Shown piece by piece: positions 60,527 through 64,000 of a stretch of 64,000 bases of DNA. How positions within the stretch are numbered: position 1 is the first letter of the stretch; the number at the start of each line of letters is the position of its first letter. Origin of the DNA: the human T2T-CHM13v2.0 reference genome, Homo sapiens; assembly GCF_009914755.1 (NCBI RefSeq), contig NC_060934.1, one strand, 5' to 3'. The notes beneath the pieces were generated by a model. It worked only from the letters and a program-made list of their open reading frames with translations, was not told the origin of the DNA and did not search any database. The position numbers were made by a program, and so were the translations under genes.

Positions 60527-61686
60527 TCAGTGGAGTCCAGGATGGTGGAGGGTATTCCAGCCTCAGGAAATGCAGGAGCTGAAGTTTCCATGAGTGAAAG
60601 CGTGGCTGTCTTGATAAAGTCTGGTAGTAGGGGCTAAGGCTGGAAAGACACAAGCCAGAGAGGGCCATGTAAAAGATATTTATTCTGTGGGCAGTGAGGA
60701 GCCACTAAATGTTATTGAGTGAGGGAGATTGGTGTCATCTGACCTATTTTAGGAAAGCAGCTCTGATGGCCCTGAGAAGGACTTGTTGGAAAAGGCTGGC
60801 CCTAGCAGGAATGGAGGGGAGGAGATAAATCAGGTTGGAGGTAGATGCCATTCAAAAAAAGGAGTGTGACTGAATGAGGGGTGAGGAGGAAGGAAGGGTC
60901 AAGACCCCAAGGGAAGAAGGGATGAGGTCAGGAAAGAGCTTGGAATGAGCCCTGGCTGGGGCAAGCATCCCTGGATCTCTAGGAATCCCACTTCTCCCTC
61001 CCCCAAGGGCATGTGCCTATGGTTGGCTGGTGCCAGGCAGGTGAGTCATGCTGCTATGCCAGTTCTGGAGTGCTGCCAATAGACACACAGACCTTCAGCA
61101 AGGGGACGCAGAGCAGTGTCTTCCGTTCATTCATCCAATAAATATAGCTACAGAGCTGTCAGGACACCAGTGCCAGGCCCTGTGCTAAGCATTTTACAGG
61201 CATTCTCCCATTTAATCTGCATAGCAATCTATGACGTAAAGTGGGAGCTTTGTGTGTTTCATGAACTCACATTCAATGCAGCAAACAGCTACTGAGCACC
61301 TACTGTGTGCCAGCCCACAAAGACAAACCTGAAATGAAGGGCTGTAGGGTCTGAGGAAGATGTGGGTGAGCATTAGAGTCCCCAGTTGTCTCTACCAGGC
61401 CCCAGCCTGGCAGGGTTCTTGGAGGAGAACCTCTGTCTAGCCTGTGCCCCATCCCCAGGGTGGGAGGGGAAAGAGGGCCCCAGAGGCCAGTGCAGGGGCT
61501 GGAGTTCCACTGTGGCGAGTTTACTGGGTTAGGTCATCACTGAGAACTTAAGGGTTAGCAGAGATGCTGAGTCTGCTTGCCATCATCCATTCGATCATTC
61601 ATTCATTCACCAGTCACTAAGCACCTACTATGTGCTAGAGCCTGTCACAGATGCTGGGGACACCAAGATGATTAAGACACAAGCTC

Positions 61687-62103
61687 GGGAGCCACAGTGG
61701 CTCAGGCCTGTTGTCCTGGCGCATAAGGAGGCAAGGCTAGGCATTTGAGGCCAGCCTGGACAACATGGAAACCTCTCATCTATGTGACAACAACAACAAA
61801 ATTTATAGCCGGGTGCAGTAGCTCACGCCTGTAATCCCAACACTTTGGGAGGCCAAGGTGGGCGGATTGCCTGAGCTCAGGAGTTTGGACCAGCCTGGGC
61901 AACATGGTGGAACCCTGTCTCTACTAAAATACAAAAATAATTAGCCAGGCGTGGCGGCATGCGCCTGTAGTCCCAGCTACTCAGGAGGCTGAGGCAGGAG
62001 AATTGCTTGAACCTAGGAAGTGGAGGTTACAGCAAGCCGAGATCACACCACCGCACTCCAGCCTGGGTGACAGAGTGGGACTCGGTCTCAAAAAAAAAAA
62101 AAA
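61687..62103 (+). mobile_element. Degraded Alu monomer (61687-61800) followed by a full Alu (61808-62103)
   Basis: Alu motifs; flanked by aagacacaagct / aatacacaagct. Confidence 0.87.
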
Positions 62104-62808
62104 ATACACAAGCTGGCCCTCTGGATGCTCCCTGAGGAGCCCAGCCAGAGTCCCACATGCAGCAGTAGCTGCAGCCCCAGGTTATCTTTCATTCTTGGAA
62201 GAAGATGCAGTGTTTCTGATTAGGCCAGCACTGAGACCTCAAACCATGAAGCCCAACATGAAAGAGAGAAAGCAGTGGCTAACAGAACCTTCAGAATGAA
62301 GACCTGGGAAATCGGCTCTCAAAACCACCCTGAAGGAGCAAATGCGGGAGCTCAGGGAGGAATGGGAAAGGGGCCTGAGTGCTCTGTAAGGGTGGCCTCC
62401 TTCCCAGCTGCCACATTGACTCCAGGACCCTCCAACCTGGGCAATTGTTCCTGGACTCATAGCCACACAAGCTGCCTGGTGGGGACTGCAGAGATGGGAG
62501 TGCCAGCACATCACAAAGAGAGAAGAAGCAGTCCAGGAAAATCAGAGGGCAAATGCAGAGAAGACCTGGCAGGCAGTTGGACCTGGATTACAGTGAAAAG
62601 AAGGTTAAGACTTAGAGCCCGTTTCAGGCTGAAGGCTGAGGAGCTGCTGCTCCCATCACCAAGTTCCCCTGAAAGCAATAGTTTCCAAGCTCTAGACTTC
62701 ACAGATCAGTGAAATCTGAGAGAAAAAAAAAATAGTATCTAACAAAGAGCTGCCAAATTTTATATTGCTGAGTAAGAACATTTAAGAAGTAATCATCTCT
62801 CATCATAA

Positions 62809-63614
<806 letters not shown>

Positions 63615-63982
63615 AAAGTGAATTTTTAATGCCAAAAAAGTAAAGAAAAAAATAATCTTGGTGCTTGAAAGAGTGAATATATTTAATCTCATGAAAAACT
63701 CAACTCTGGTGGCCTTTAATGTTGTTTTGCAGGGATCCAGGCCAGTTAGTGGGCAGGTGTCTGAGCTCAGGGTTGGGACTGGGGCTGAAGCTGAGGTGGG
63801 GAACTCACCCCTTTTGGGGGCCCCTCCAGGGGCCCTGCTCTTGCTGGGGGCTCCCCAGGATCAGCCAGAAGGGCTCTGAGACCACCCAGGAGGATGTCCC
63901 TGTGGGGTGTCCTTGGTGTGGTTGGGGGAGAGGCTGCCTGTCTCCTCGGGTCCTGGAGAAGGTGCCCTCTTTGGATCACCAG

Positions 63983-64000
63983 AAACTCCGAGGAGACACA
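63983..64000 (+). CDS. ANKRD2: ANKRD2 exon 2 (first 6 codons, cut by window edge)
   Basis: ttggatcaccAG|AAACTCCGAGGAGACACA = KLRGDT, continuing exon 1 in phase 0. Confidence 0.85.

Noticed and set aside
62275-62755. 145-aa ORF followed by an A-run, possible processed pseudogene
   Set aside because: No ATG-anchored recognisable protein, no TSD, and no poly(A) signal before the A-run.

Overview
Human (primate) genomic DNA, not prokaryotic: no CRISPR, rRNA or tRNA genes. I recognise it as the UBTD1-ANKRD2 locus (chr10q24). About 54 kb is the 3' part of UBTD1 intron 1. It is followed by UBTD1 coding exons 2 (54093-54320) and 3 (56317-56702), the 3'UTR and poly(A) signal, then ~1.5 kb further on the ANKRD2 promoter, exon 1 (58887/58968-59054), intron 1 and the first 18 nt of exon 2 (63983-64000). 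Both genes are on the + strand. The rest is transposon-derived: ~48 Alus/monomers, a near full-length antisense SVA with an 18-bp TSD, a complete antisense Harlequin/HERV-E-type provirus (two LTR2B-like LTRs, tRNA-Glu PBS), a MER4-family solo LTR containing an Alu that contains a 5'-deleted HERV-H, plus Tigger2a, MLT1A, MER5A, MIR, L2 and L3 remnants. I see no convincing new biological system. The best second-look items are: a nested-element deletion sealed by a locally templated 14-bp insertion; G-to-A (APOBEC3-like) hypermutation and a two-env mosaic in the provirus; a target site re-used by three successive Alus next to the SVA; and a 228-nt symmetric UBTD1 exon flanked by inverted Alus, whose circular form would be a stop-less ORF. 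Repeat subfamily names come from recalled consensus sequences and need RepeatMasker/Dfam confirmation.
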